Below are positions 1 through 12,900 of a stretch of DNA of 64,000 nucleotides, piece by piece. The stretch comes from Scenedesmus sp. PABB004. Lineage: Eukaryota. Location: positions 868,001 to 932,000 of the forward strand of contig JABVCE010000014.1 in NCBI GenBank assembly GCA_014905635.1, read 5' to 3'. The notes beneath the pieces are model-generated. The model saw nothing but the letters and a program-made list of their open reading frames with translations. It made no database searches and was not told where the DNA came from. The position numbers and the translations under genes were made by a program. The number at the start of each line of letters is the position of its first letter. The first letter of the stretch is position 1.

Positions 1-3000
1 ACCACGGCGGCGGCGGCGGCGAGCGTGGGCAGGCCGGTGTGCACGACAAAGTCGGGCACGGTGGCGTCGGGCACGGTGTATGCGGGGCCCAGGCCGGTGA
101 AGGCGGCGTTCACGGTGAAGGCAGCGATCTTGCCGGCCGCCTTGTGCGCGGCGCTGACGACCATGCTCGCGGTGCAGGTCAGCACCTCGCCCGCGGCGAG
201 CGCGGGCTCGGCGAGGATGGGCGTGGCCAGCGCCACGGCGGCGCCGCCGGCGCGCTTGCAGGCGAGGTCGGCCGGCGACGGCGTGAAGGCGAGCGCGGTG
301 TTGTTGGGCACCGCCTTGGCGCCGTTGGTGAGCGTGAAGGTGTAGATGATCGTGGTGTTCTCCATGGCCAGCTTGCGGTCGCCGACTGCGCGTGGGCGCG
401 GGCGGGCGGCGCGTGAGCGACAGGCGGACGGCGCGTGGCGCGCTGCCGCAGGCGCAGCCGCCAGCCGCCAGCGCGCGCGACTGCGCAGCAGGGCCGGGCC
501 CGCCGCAGCCGCGCCGCGCGCGGGAGCGCACGCACCCTGGATGAACTGCGTGGAGTTGCTGGCGATGGCGGCCGAGGTCAGGGCGAGCGCGCCGCCGGTG
601 AAGACGGGCACGGCCGCGATGCTGGCGGGCGCGACGAACGCCGCCTTGGAGGTCGCGAACGAGCCAAGCGTGGCGGCCGCGGCAAGGGCGGGGATCTCGC
701 CGGCCGCCTGGTGCGCGGCGGTGACGACGATGGCAAAGGTGCAGGTGGCCGTGCCGGCCGCGGCCAGGCCGGTCCCGTCGAGCACAGAGCCCGAGGCGAA
801 CGCGGTGCCGCCGGCCGCCGTACAGGTCACGGCGGGGAGCGGCGAGAGCGCGGCGCCGTCGGCCAGCGTGACCGCGACAGCGAGCGTGGTGGTGTTGGTG
901 ATCGCGATGTCGCCGTTGGTCAGCGTGAGCGTGTACAACACGCTCGCGCCGACGGCGGGCAGCTTGCTTGCCGCGGTCCTTGTCAGGCCGGACACTGCGG
1001 GCGGCCGCGGGCGCGGGGGGGGGGGGGGCGCGGCGCGGCGGGGGTCGGCGCGGCGCGGCGCACATGGCCTGGCCGGCACAGCGGCGGTCTGCCGCGCTGC
1101 CAGCGCTGGCCAGGCGCTGCTGGCTGGGGCGCGGGCCGCCTGGCGGCAGCGTCGCGGCCGGTGCGCCGTGCGCGCAGCGCGCGCTCACCTGTGTAGGAGG
1201 TGCCGGTGACCGCAGGCTTGGCGGCGCCCGCCTCGGCCAGCGCCGCGCCGCTCCAGACCGGCACGGCCGCGATGCTGGTGGGCTTCACGCCCGCCGACTT
1301 GTCGGTGGCGTACGAGCCAAACTCAGCGGCCACGGTGAGCGCGGGGATGGCGCCGGCGGCCTGGTGCGTGGAGGTGACGGTGATGTCAAACGTGCACGTG
1401 ATGGCGGCGTCAACCGCCAGCGAGGTCGTGAGCGCGCCCGCAGCCATGCTGGAGCACGTGACAGCCGGCGTCGACGCGTCGCCGGTCACGGCCAGGGTGA
1501 GGCCGGTGTTGTTGGCCACCGCCTTTTTGCCGTTGGTCAGCGTGAGCGTGTAGGTGACGCTCGCGCCGACGGCGGGCAGCTTGCTCGCCGCGGTCCTCGT
1601 CAGGCCGGACGCTGCGGGCGAACGCGGGGCGGGGGGTCGGCGCGGCGCACGCGGCCAGGCCGGGCGCGGCGACGCGCTGCCAGCGCTGGCCAGGCACCGC
1701 AGGCCGGGGCCTCGCGCGGCCGGCGCGCGGCGCGCGCGGCGCGCTCACCCGTGTACGAGGTGCCGTTGACCGCAGGCTTGGTGGCCGACTCGGCCAGCGC
1801 CGCGCCGCTCCAGACCGGCACAGCCGCGATGCTGGCGGGGACCTTGACATACAGCGCCGGGTCAGCACCGCCACCAAAGGCAGCCGTCACGGTGAGCGCG
1901 GGGATCTCGCCGGCGGCCTGGTGCGCGGCCGTGACGGTGACGGCAAACGTGCAGGTGACGGTGGCGTTGGCGGCCAGGCTCACGCCGAGCGCAGCGCCCG
2001 AGGCGAACGCTGTGCCGCCGGCCGCGGTGCACGTCGGGGCGGGGACGAGCGCCGTGCCGTTGGCGAGCGCGACGCCGACGGTCAGCGTGGTGGTGCTGTT
2101 GACCGCGATGTCACCGTTGGTGAGCGTGAGCGTGTAGGTCACGGCGTTGCCCAGAGAGGCCGTCACGTTGACCGGCCGCGTCGCGCCGGGCACTGCGCGG
2201 CGGCAGGGGGGGGGGCAAAATGGTCAGTGCTAGCGCGCTGGCTGTGCGCGCAGCGCCGGGCAGGGCGCTGGGCGCACTGCTGGGGGCGCTGGGCGGGCGC
2301 TGGGCGGTGCGGTGGCCCCTCGCTGCACAGACCGCTCACCTGCCAGGACAGAGCCGGAGCCAGCAGCCACGGCGACGGCCGCCTCGGCCAGCGCCGCGCC
2401 GCTCCAGACCGGCACGGCCGCGATGCTGGTGGGCTTCACGCCCGCCGACTTGTCGGTGGCGTACGAGCCAAACTCAGCGGCCACGGTGAGCGCGGGGATG
2501 GCGCCGGCGGCCTGGTGCGTGGAGGTGACGGTGATGTCAAACGTGCACGTGATGGCGGCGTCAACCGCCAGCGCGGCCGTGAGCGCGCCCGCAGCCGTGC
2601 TGGAGCACGTGACGGCCGGCGTCGACGCGTCGCCGGTCACGGCCAGGGTCAGGCCGGTGTTGTTGGCCACCGCCTTCTTGCCGTTGGTCAGCGTGAGCGT
2701 GTAGGTCACGACATTGCCCAGCGAGGCCGTCACGTTGACCGGCCGCGTTGCGCCGGGCACTGCGCGGCACGCGGCAGGGGCGGGCAAAAGGGTCAGCGCA
2801 GGCGCGCTGGCTCTGCGCGCTGCCCGGCGCTGGGCGGGCGCACTGCTCGAGGCGCTGGGCGGGCCCCGCTGGCGGCCCGCTGGCGCCCTCCCAGCAAGCA
2901 CGGGCCGCTCACCTGCCAGGACGGAGCCGGAGCCAGCAGCCACGGCGACGGCCGACTCGGCAAGCGCTGCGCCGCTCCACACCGCAAACGTGGGGACGAC

Positions 3001-3876
3001 CAGGGCTGCCGGGTTGGCAGGCGCGTCTGAGCCGACATCAAACGCAGCGGTGAGCGTGAAGGTGGGCAGCACGCCGAGCGCCGCGTGCGTCGCGTCGACG
3101 GCGAGCGAGCACGTGCACACGATCGTGGAGTTGGCGTCCAGCGCAGCCCCGCTGGCCTCGGTCGGCAGCGCCGTGGCGGTGAGGGGCGTGAGCGTGGCGT
3201 TGGTGCCGTCGCCGCCGACGCGCATGCAGGCCAGGTTGCTCGGCGCGCCCGCGCCAGACAGGCTCGCCGCGAAGGTCGTCGCGGTGGCGGTGATGGTCGC
3301 GTTGGTGTTGAGCGTCAGCGTGTACGTCACCGTCGCACCGACCTCGGGCAGGGCCGACCCGCCCGTGCCTGCGCGCGGGCGGGGTGGGTGCGCAGCTGTG
3401 AGTCACAGCGGCGCGCGGGCGGCGCGCCGCGCGGCGCGGGGCAGGCTGGGCGTCGCACCGGCGGCGGCGATGCTGGGCGCGCCCACGGAGTACGCGATCG
3501 ACGCCCACGACACATCAGCGCGCGCCCCCGACAGCAGCGACAGCGCTGCGGGCGGTCGGCGGAGAGCAGCGGCGACGGCGCGCGCGGCGCGGGCCCGTGA
3601 GACCCAGCCGCGGCGCGCGCGGGCCCGGGCGCGCGGCGTGAAGGCCGGGGGCCGTCAGCCAGCATGCTGGCAGGTGGCACGGGGCGCGGCGGGGCGCGCC
3701 GCGCCCGGGCGGGGCGGTCAAGCCCGGGGCCGCCTTTGGCGCGCCGCCCGCCCCGGCCCCGCGCCGCTGCGCCCGGCCGGCCAGGTCTGCGGCTCACAGG
3801 CCCGGTCCCGCGGCGCCCGGGCGGTGCGCGTACCTGCCAGCGCGGCGAGGCCCGCGAGCAGCGAGGCGCGCGCCAT
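1..3876 (-). CDS. Secreted tandem Ig-like (DUF11/DUF7507-type) repeat protein, putative adhesin/cell-surface protein; multi-exon, 3' end outside window
   Basis: ATG at 3876. Spliced signal peptide MARASLLAGLAALA|ALSLLSGARA. Then at least 6 exons (~3368-2912, 2760-2339, 2193-1750, 1612-1189, 995-537, 385-<1), each encoding a ~140-150 aa unit with G.xVTYTLTLTN...TC...LA...TCTF.(I/V)TVT..HQAAG.IPA, separated by phase-1 introns. Confidence 0.75.
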
Positions 3877-5043
3877 GGCGGGCGGCCTGCCGCACAGCGG
3901 CTCGGAGGCAGGCCGGCGGCGTGCGCCACGAGTAGATCAGGGCGGTGGAGGATCAGTCGGCGGCGCGCTGGCCCCGGGCTCGCGACGCGGGCGACGCGGG
4001 AGGCGGGCGCGGCACTCGGGCGGCGCGGGTGCGCTGGCGGGGCTGCGCCAGGCAGCGACGGAGTGCCGTGCCTACGGGGGCGGGCGGGGGCGATGATCAG
4101 GCCCGAGCGGGACAGCCGGCGCGGCGCGGCGCCTCCCGCCCCGTTGACCGCCTAAACCCAGCTCACGCTCAACTCGGTTCGTCCGCCATCGTCGGCTGCG
4201 CGACGCTGCGGCACGCGCAAGCGCCGTCCGCGCCGAAACAGGCGGGCGGCGCGGGCGGCTCGCCATGGACTCGCAGCCGCACCGCCGCCAGCGCGGGCGC
4301 TGGCGACGCACGGCAGCCGAGCCGCGCGCACAGCCTGCCTTGCCGGCCGGGTGCAGTGGCATGGCAGCAGCAGCGGGCGGTGGTGGCGGTGTGGCTTGAG
4401 CGGCGGCGGCACCGGGCGGCGCGCCGCTGCTGCTGCTGCTGTCCGGCGCGCGCGCGGCGCGGCGCGGCCGCGCCTCCTCCAGGCGGGCTGCGGCGGCTGT
4501 TGCGGGATGACCGGGTGCGGCACGTCAGGGCGCCTGGAGCAGGGGGGAGAGGACTCTGCACAGCGGGCGCCAGCGCAGCAGCGGCGGGCGGTCGGCACCG
4601 GCGCGGCGCCGCAGCGGCCTGAACCCCGCCCGCCGCACGAGTGTGCATCGCGCCCCGGACATCGATCGCAAACCGCACCGGGGCGCCAACAGCCCCCCGC
4701 GTGCGCACAGCTCGGAGAGCGGGGGCATCGCCAGCTCGCGGCGCCAGCGCGCTGTCCGTCCGTCCATCCGTCCCGGCGTGGGCTCGGGCCGTTGCTCAAA
4801 GCCGATCAGACCCTTCCGCCGCACCGCAACGCGGCTCACAGCGCCCAGGTGCGCGGCGGCCTGCGATGGCGGGCTCGCGCTCTCTCCGCGCGTCTGGCGG
4901 GCGGGGCGCCGCGGCGCACCACCCAGGACGCAGACCCCATCCAATCACAGCCTTGTCCGGGCCGCCAGCCGCTGCGGCGCCGCCGCCGCGCCGCGCCGGG
5001 CGCCGCCAGCTTGCCGACCGCTGCGCGCGCCACCGCCGCAGCC

Positions 5044-6695
5044 ATGGAGTGCGCCGGCGCCGAGCCGGCTGCCCAGGGCTCCTCGCGGGGCGGAGGTCCC
5101 GAGAGCTCCGACGACGACACGGCCGCGGGCGCGGCGCCGCTGCTGAGCGGCGACGACGGCGCGCGCCGCCCGCACCCCGGCGTGCGCCAGCGCCGAGGCC
5201 GCTGGGCGGCGGAGATCCACGACCCCCTCACCCGCAAGCGCAAGTGAGGGCTGCCAAGCGCGCGCACGCTGCGCAGCGAGAAGCGTGAGCTCAGGGCGGC
5301 CCGCCGCCCGCAGGTGGCTGGGCACCTTTGCCACGGCCGAGGCGGCGGCCCGCGCGTACGACGCCGCGGCCGCCCAGCACAGCGCGGCGGACCACAGCGC
5401 CGCCTACGCCGACGCCCTGGTGCGGCGCGGCGCGGGGCCTGGTGGCGCCGCCGCGCGCACGCGCGGGCGTCGCGTCGCCCGCCGGGCGCCCCCCATTGCG
5501 CCGCCAAGTGACCGGCGCGCGTGATGCGAGCCGCCCGCCGCCGCCTGCCCTGCCGCCGCGTGCGCGCCCAGGCCGTGGTGACCAAGCGCGCCCACGTGCA
5601 CGGAGCGGACAGCCAGACGCTGAGCGCGGCCAGCGCGCCGCCCGGCGGCGGCGGCGGTGCGCCGCGGCACCGCCGCGTCGCCAGCGCCGCGTCGACCGCC
5701 GAGGGCGAGGGGGAGTGCAGCCTGCTCCAGCTCCTGCAGGCCGACCCCGGCTGGGCCGCCCTGCTGCGCGCACCGTGCGCGGCGGCAGGCCTCCCGCCCC
5801 CGCCCCCGCCCCGCCCGCGGTGGCGGGCGGCGCGCCACGCGCCGGCGGTGCCTGGCCTGCACTGCTGCCAGGCAGCGCCGCCGGCGCGGCGGGCCCGGCT
5901 GCACCGGGCGGCAGCGCGGGCGCGCAGCTCGCGCCGCCGGCGCCGCCGGCGCTGCCGCAGCCCTGGACCGCGCCGCAGCCTGTCGTGGCGCAGCACGCGA
6001 CGCAGCAGCTGCTGCAGCAGCCGGCCGAGCTGCCGCCGGCCGCGCAGGCGCTCGCGCAGCGGGCGCTGCAGCAGATGCTGCAGCAGGCGGTGCAGCAGGC
6101 GGTGGCGCAGGCGGTCAGCCAGATGCTGCAGCCCGCGCTGCAGGCGCTGGCGCAGCGCGCGCTGGCGGGGCTGCCCGCGCCGGGCGGCCCGCCGCCGCAG
6201 CCGCGCCTCGGCGGCGAGGCGGCGCAGCCGCCACTGCCGCGGCCGCTGCCGACGTCGCTGCCTCGGCCGCAGTGGCAGGCGGGCGCCGCGGAGGCCGGCG
6301 CGGCTGCGCCCTGGTCGGCGCCGACAGCCGACGCGTGCACCATGACGCCGCTCGCGCCGGGGTCGCTCCTCGTGCTCGGCCCGGTGGCGCGCGCCGCCGA
6401 CAGCCGCACGGCGGCAGGCGAGCCGGCCGGCGCGGCGAGCGCGCAGCAGGCTCACAGCGCGAGCTGCAGCCCACGCGTGCCCACGCAGCCGGCGCGCAGT
6501 TGGGCGCCGCCGGCGCCCGCCGCCCGAGCGCCGCCGCCGCCGCTGGCCATCCCCGGAGGCCAGCCCGGCGAGCGGGAGTGCCTGCTGAGCCCGCTGAGCC
6601 TCTGCCTACAGCGACTCATGGAGGACGGCACGCCCGGGCCCGACGGCGCCGCGAGCGCGGACGAGGCGTCCTGGCTGGACGGCCTGCCGACGTGA
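5044..6695 (+). CDS. AP2/ERF-domain transcription factor (3+ exons; apparent frameshift near 5810)
   Basis: Splicing 5243/5314 gives [43 protein letters not shown], the canonical AP2 motif. Second intron ~5420-5571. Q/A/P-rich C-terminal region ends WLDGLPT* at 6695. Confidence 0.85.
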
Positions 6696-6932
6696 TGCCT
6701 CATGCGCTGGGGTCGAGCGCCGCCGGCGCTGGCGTGTGTGCGAGCGACACGGCGTGCGTGTGTGTGTTTAGATTGGGGCGCGGCAGGCGCGCCAGTCGCG
6801 GCCGTCTTGCAATGCGTTGCACGAACTGCGCGCGCAGCCAGCGCCGCCGCCCAACGCCAACGCCCGCGCCCGTCGGGCGCCCCAGCAGCTCCGCCACGGC
6901 GCCGCGAGCCCCGTCCCCGCTGGCGTGCCCCG

Positions 6933-9900
6933 TCAGCCCGCCCGGCCGCCCTGCAGCGCGGCGAGGCTGCGCTTAAGGCGCTTGTTCTTCTCGTTGACGC
7001 GCGTCGCGGCGGCGATTATGGCCTGCAGCGTGCGCGGCGACACCGCGCCGCCGCCGCCCGCCGCCGCCTCGCCGCCGGCCGCGCCCGCTTCGCGCGGCCG
7101 CGCGGCCGCGCCCGGCCCCTGCGCGTCCTGCAGCTGTGCGGCCAGCGCCGCGTTCAGGTGGCCCAGGCGGCGCACCGAGTCCTCCAGGCTGTCGAGCGCA
7201 ACCTGCGGCGGGCGTGGGGCGGTGAGCGGCCGCGACCGGGCGCAGCGGCGCCAAGCCGCCAGCCGGCCGAGCCCAGGCAGACGAGCGGCCCTCCCCCCAC
7301 ACACCTTGGCCTGCGCCAGCTCCGCCGCAAGCGCCTCCTTCTCGCGCAGTGCCTTGCCGGCCTGCGCCCGCGCGCGGCCGAGCTCCGCCTTCAACTCCTC
7401 CTCGCGCGCGGCGGCCGCGGCGGCGGCGCCCGCCGCCGCGGCCGCCGCCTCGGCCGCCGCCGCCGCGGCGCGCGCCTCCGCGGCCGCGCCCTCGTGCGCC
7501 AGCTCGGCCAGGCGCGCCTGCAGCCCCGCGAGCGCGCCGCGCTCGGCGTCGCGCCCCGCGAGCAGCTGCTGCGCGTGCTCGCGCGCCTGCGTGAGCTCCG
7601 CCGCGGCGGCGGCGATCTGGAGGCGGTCGAGGTGCGCCTGGTGGGTCAGGCGCTCGACCTCTGCGCTCGACGCCGACAGCGCGGCGCCGCGCTGCTCCAG
7701 CTCCGCGGCCGCGGCCTCGAGCCGCGACCCCAGCGCGGCCCGGGCCTCCTGCGCCGCGGCGAGCTGCGCGCGCGCGTCGCGCAGCGCCTCCCCGAGCGCC
7801 GCGTTCTCGCCGCCCAGCGCCGCGAGCTCGGCGCGCAGCGCGCCCGCCTGCGCCGTGTGCGCCGCCTGCGCGCGCGCGAGCTGCGCGCCCGCCGCTGCGA
7901 GCGCCGCGTCCTGCGCCGCCATGCCCGCCTGCAGCTCGGCCATGCGGCGCTTGCTGTCCTGCAGCCGCTCCGCGGCCTGCTGGTTCTGCGCCTCCATCTC
8001 CTGCAGCTGCTCCTGCGCCGCCAGCAGCAGCGCCTGCTGCTGCGCCGCGGCGCCCGCCTCGGGCGGCGCGGCGGCGGCGCACAGCTCCGCCTGCACCGCC
8101 GCGTCGCTCGCCCAGCGCCGGCGCTGCGCGCGCTGCGGCGTGCGCTCGGCGCCCGCCGCCGCGGGCGCCTGGTCGCCGCGGCGAGCGTCCGCCCGCGCGT
8201 CGCTGTCGCCGGCGGGGCCGGGCAGCTGCAGCGCAACCAGCTTGTCCACCAGGCCCCGGTTCTGGTCCGCCATTTCAGCCGCATCGCGCTCCGCCGCCTC
8301 GCGCGCGCCCTCTGCGGCGGCCAGCTGCTGCGCCGCCTGGTCCTGCAGCAGCTGCGTGAGCGCCTGCTGCTCCTCCAGCTCGCCGAGCGCGCCCGCGAGG
8401 CGCGCCTGCAGCTCCGTCACCAGCGGCGCGGCCGGCGCCTGCTGCGCGTCCGCGGCGGGCGCCGGCGCAGCCGGCCACGCCTGCGCGGCCTGCGCCGCCG
8501 CGAGGGCGGCCTCCAGCTCGGAGCACCGCGCCCGGGAGGCGGCCAGCTCGGCCGCCGCCGCCGCCGCCGACATGCTGTCCGACGCGGCCGCCTGCGGCTC
8601 GGCCTGCGGCTCGGCCTGCGGCTCCGCCTGCAGCGGCACAGCCGCGGCCGCGGCCGCCTCGAGCTCCGCCACGCGCGCCGCCAGCTCTGCGCGCTCGGCG
8701 GACAGCACCGAGTTGTCTGCGTCCAGCTCGTGCACCGCCGCCAGCAGCTCGTCGTTGGCGGCGCTCAGGTGGCCCATCTGCGCCTGCAGCTCCGCCAGCA
8801 GCGCCGCCTGCTGCGCCTGGCCGGCCTGCACCGCGTTTGGGCCCGCGCCCGCGCGCGCGGCCGCGCCGCCGGCGGGGCGGGGGCTGGCGCCGGCGCCGGC
8901 GCGCAGCTCCTCGAGCTGCGCCGCGAGCTGCTGCTTCTGCTCCAGCAGCTCCTGGCAGCGCCGCTCCAGCTGCGCGTTGACGGCGGCCATGCGGCGCCGC
9001 ATGGGCGTGGGCCCGCTGCACGCGTCGCTGGCCGCGGGGCCGGCAGAGGTCGCGGTGGACGCGGCAGGGCAGTCGCCGCCCTTGGCCGCCGCCACCATGG
9101 CGCTCAGGCTCGCGCTCTGCGCCGCCAGCGCCGCCGCGCGCTCCTCGAGCGCCGCGCGCGCCGCCAGGGCGTCCTGCGCGCGCGCGGTCGGCGGCGGGGC
9201 GCCAGGCGCAGTCGGACGCGGCGGCTCCCAGGGGGCTTGCACGACGGCCCGGCTCGCCCCACCCTCGCCCCCCACCCTCGCCCCACCACCCACGCACCTT
9301 GAGCTGGGCGGCGAGCTCCGTGTTGCGCGCGCCCAGCGCGCGCGCGCTGTCCACGTAGCCCGCCTCCGCGTCGAGCAGGCGCTGGTTGGCGCCCTCCAGC
9401 TCCCGCTTGGCCGCGAGCAGCTGGCCCACCTGCAGCCGCAGCTGCTCCGAGTCGGCCGCCGAGTCGGCGGCCGAGCCCTCCAGCGCGGCGCGCAGCCCCG
9501 CCGCCTCGCGCTCGAGGCCCGCCGCGCCCGCCTGCGCCGCCGCGAGCGCGCGCCGCGCCTCGTCCAGCTGCTCGGCCGCCGCGGCCGCGCGCGAGTCGGA
9601 CGCCGCCGCCGCGGCCCGGGCGGCCTCCGCCGCCTCGGCCGCGCCGCGCAGGCGCTCGTGGAGCTGTCCCACCTCCTCCTCGTGCTGCGCCTGCTGCTCG
9701 TCCAGCTCCGCCTGCCAGTGCGCATCGGCCTCCGCGCCGCGCGCCTGCAGGCGCGCCAGCTGCGCGGCCGCCTCGGCCGCGCCTGCCCGCAGCGCCGCAT
9801 TCTGCTGCCGCAGCGCGTCCAGCTCGTCGCTGCCGCTGGCGCCGGCGCCGCGCTCGCACGCGGCCGCCGCGGGCGGCGGCGGCAGCTGCGTGAGCGAGGC

Positions 9901-12900
9901 AGTGAGCAGCTCGAGCGAGGCGCGCAGGCTGGCGCCGCCGTCTGCGGGCGCGCCGCCAGGCAGCATGAGGTCCAGGGCGGCGCCCAGGGCGTCCAGCGCG
10001 CCGCTGCCCTCCGCCTGGCTGCTGGCGAGCGCCTGGCGCAGCAGCTGCAGCTCCAGCTCCTTTTCTGCGGCCGCCTGCTGCGCCTGCGCGGCACGCGCGC
10101 GCTCGCGCGAGCGGGTGTGGCGCAGGCGGGACAGGCGGGACAGCACGGCGTCAGCGGGCCCCTGGGCGCGCGCGGCGCGGGCCCCTGGGCGCGTGGGCGA
10201 CCCTGCCTGCGCAGCGGCGCGCGCCGCACCTGCACCACCTCTGCCTGCTGCCGCGTGCAGCGCAGCTCCGCTGCCGCCAGCCGCTCGAGCAGGTCCGGCA
10301 TCGCGACTGGGTTGTCAAAGGCCACGGGGCCGCCGGCGGCGCCGTCGCCGCCGCGCCGCGGGCTGGCGCCCCCGCGGCGCAGCACAAAGCCGGCGACAGA
10401 GGGGCTGGCCTCGCCGCCGCGGCGTCGCCGCGCGTCGCTGCTGCCCGGCGACGTGCCGGCCGCGTCGCCGGGCGCGGCCGGCGCCGCGGGGGAGCCGCCC
10501 GCCGCGCGGCCCGGGTCGGACCGCCGCCGGCCGGCGCCCCAGCCGTCCTTGCAGGCGACTGTGGCCGGCGGCGCCGCGGCGCCGGGGGTGAGCATGGCCT
10601 CCAGGCCCTCGAACGCGCACCAGCTCTTCGAGCGGCGCAGGCCCTGCGCGCCGGCGCCGGCGCCCGTGCGGCCGGCCGGGGGCGTGGCCTGGGGCGTGCC
10701 GCAGGCGTAGGGCGCGCCCGCCGCCGCGACGCAGAAGCTGTCGACCGAGCCAGCCGGCGAGGGCGGCGGCGACCCGTGCGCCTGCTGCTGGTGCAGCAGC
10801 CCCGCCAGCGGCGAGGCGCAGCTCGCGCGCGGGCTGGCGCCGCCGCCGCCGCCCGTGGGCCCCTCCTCCTGCGGGCGGCGCGGCGCGTGCCGCTGCGCCC
10901 CAGCCCCGCTGGCGGGCGAGGGCTGCTGCCGCAGCAGTGCGCCGCCCAGGGGCGAGTCGGCTGACTCATCCAGCAGCGACGCGAGCACGGCCTCCTGCTG
11001 ACCCCAGTCCACCCTCGGGCTGCCGGCCGCGCCGGGCGAGGCGCCCACCGCAAACGCGCGCAGCTGCGGCTCGTCGTGGCCAGGCGGGCGGGCCGGCGCG
11101 TGGCGGCTGAGCGGCACGCTGGCCGGGGAGGCTGCGACCGCGGCCGCCGCCGCCACGCCCAGGGCGTCGCCGGCAGGCTCCACGTCCTCCTCCGCCCACA
11201 GGCCCCGGATCGGGCTGAGCGCAAAGGCATTGCCGCCCAGCCCCTGCGCCGGCACGGTGCCGCCGGCGCAGGCGGCAGCAGCAGGCTGCGCCGCGGCGGG
11301 CGTGGCGGCGGGCGCGGGCGAGGCCGCTGCCGGCGCCGCCGCCGCCGCCGCGGGTGAGGCTGCGGCGGGTGAGGCCGCCGCCACGGGCGAGGCTGTGGCG
11401 GGTGAGGCCGCCGCCACGGGCGAGGCTGCAACAGGCGACGCCGCCGGTGTCGCCGCCGCTGCCGGCGAGCGCCGCGTCGGGCTGGGGCTGGCGCCCGCCA
11501 GCACAGGGCTGCTGAGCAGCACGCTGGGGCTGCCGCAGTCGCCGAGCGAGCCCGGCGACACGGGCCAGCCGCCGGTGTCGGCGTCGCGGCTGCTGCTGCC
11601 GTAGCGGCTCACGCCGGTCAGCGGCGCCGTCTGCGGCGTGGCAAACGCGGCGTCCGCGTCCGTGATGCGGGACGGCGCCGCGGGCGTGCGCGCCACCGGT
11701 GACGCCGGGTCGTCGGCGGAGGGCGCCCGCCGCTCCTCGTCGCTGGCACACACCGGTGCTGGGCTGGTCTGCCGCTCGGCGGCGGCTGCCTGGCCGCCCA
11801 GCTCAGCGGCGGCTGCCTGGCCGCCCAGGTCGCACGCCTGCGCCGCAGCCGCCTGTGCCAGCGACACCGACTCGTCGAGCGACAGTAGCAGCAGCAGGTC
11901 GTCCCAGCAGCCCTGGCCCGGCGCGGGCGGGCGAGTCTCCGCGCCGGGCTGCGCCCGCGCGCCCGGCGGCGGGGTCAGCAGCGAGGCGCGGCCCGCGGCG
12001 CCGCCGGCGCCCGGCGACGCCGCCGCGCTGCGCCGCGCCGGGCTGGCGGCGGGCCAGAAGCCTTTGAAGCCGGTGGCGTCGCTGCCGCCCGACGCGCTGA
12101 GCGCTGAGGCGGGGCTCACGCCGCCGGCGTCGCACTCCCAGCTGCCGCGCGCGGCGCGGGCGGGGCCCCTGCCGCTGCAAGCGTCGCCGGCGCTGCGCCG
12201 CCGTCCCAGCGCTGCGCTGAGCTCGCCGGACAGGTCGAGCGCCGGCGGCCGGGCAAAGCCGCCCCCGCAGGGCGCCCACGACGCCGCGCTGGCGCAGGAG
12301 TCGTCCAGCAGCGCCTGCAGCGCCGACAGGCCGCCGTCGCCGCCGCCGCGCGGCGGTGCCGCCTCGCCGCGCGCCGGCCCGCGCGCCGCCGGCTGCTGCT
12401 GCGCCGGCGCGCCGCCGAGAGCGCTGCGGCACGAGGCGTCGCTGTCGTCCAGCGCCTGCCCGCCGGCGCCGGTGGCTGGCTCGTCGTTCTCGCCGCCCGG
12501 CGCCTTGCGTCGCGCCCTGCTGCGCGGCGCCTGCTTGCCCGCGATGGCGGGGCTCTCGCTCAGCGGCGGCGCGCCGCACGTGGGGCCGGCCGTGCCGGCG
12601 CGCGCCGCGGGCGCGCAGCCCGCCACCGCGTGCGCCAGGCAGCCGGCGGGCGCGAAGCCCGCGCGCAGGCCGGCCGCGCGGCTCGCCGCGGCCTGCGGGG
12701 CGGGGGGCGGCGGGCGCGGCGCGGGGTCGGCCTGGCCGGCGCGCGGCGCCGGCGCTGCCAGCTGCCTGATGCTTCCAGCTGCCTGATGCTTCCAGCCAGG
12801 TGCTGCCAGCCAGCCTGGGCTCACCTCGCCGCAGTCGGCCGCGGCGTCCCAGAGCAGCATGCCGCCGTCGCCCGCGCGGCGCAGCACCGACTCGCGCAGC

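Noticed and set aside
6702..10710. Long + strand ORFs (866 aa, 1297 aa) opposite the coiled-coil gene
   Set aside because: Antisense shadows caused by stop-codon scarcity at very high GC; Arg/Ala/Cys/Ser-rich with no recognisable motifs.
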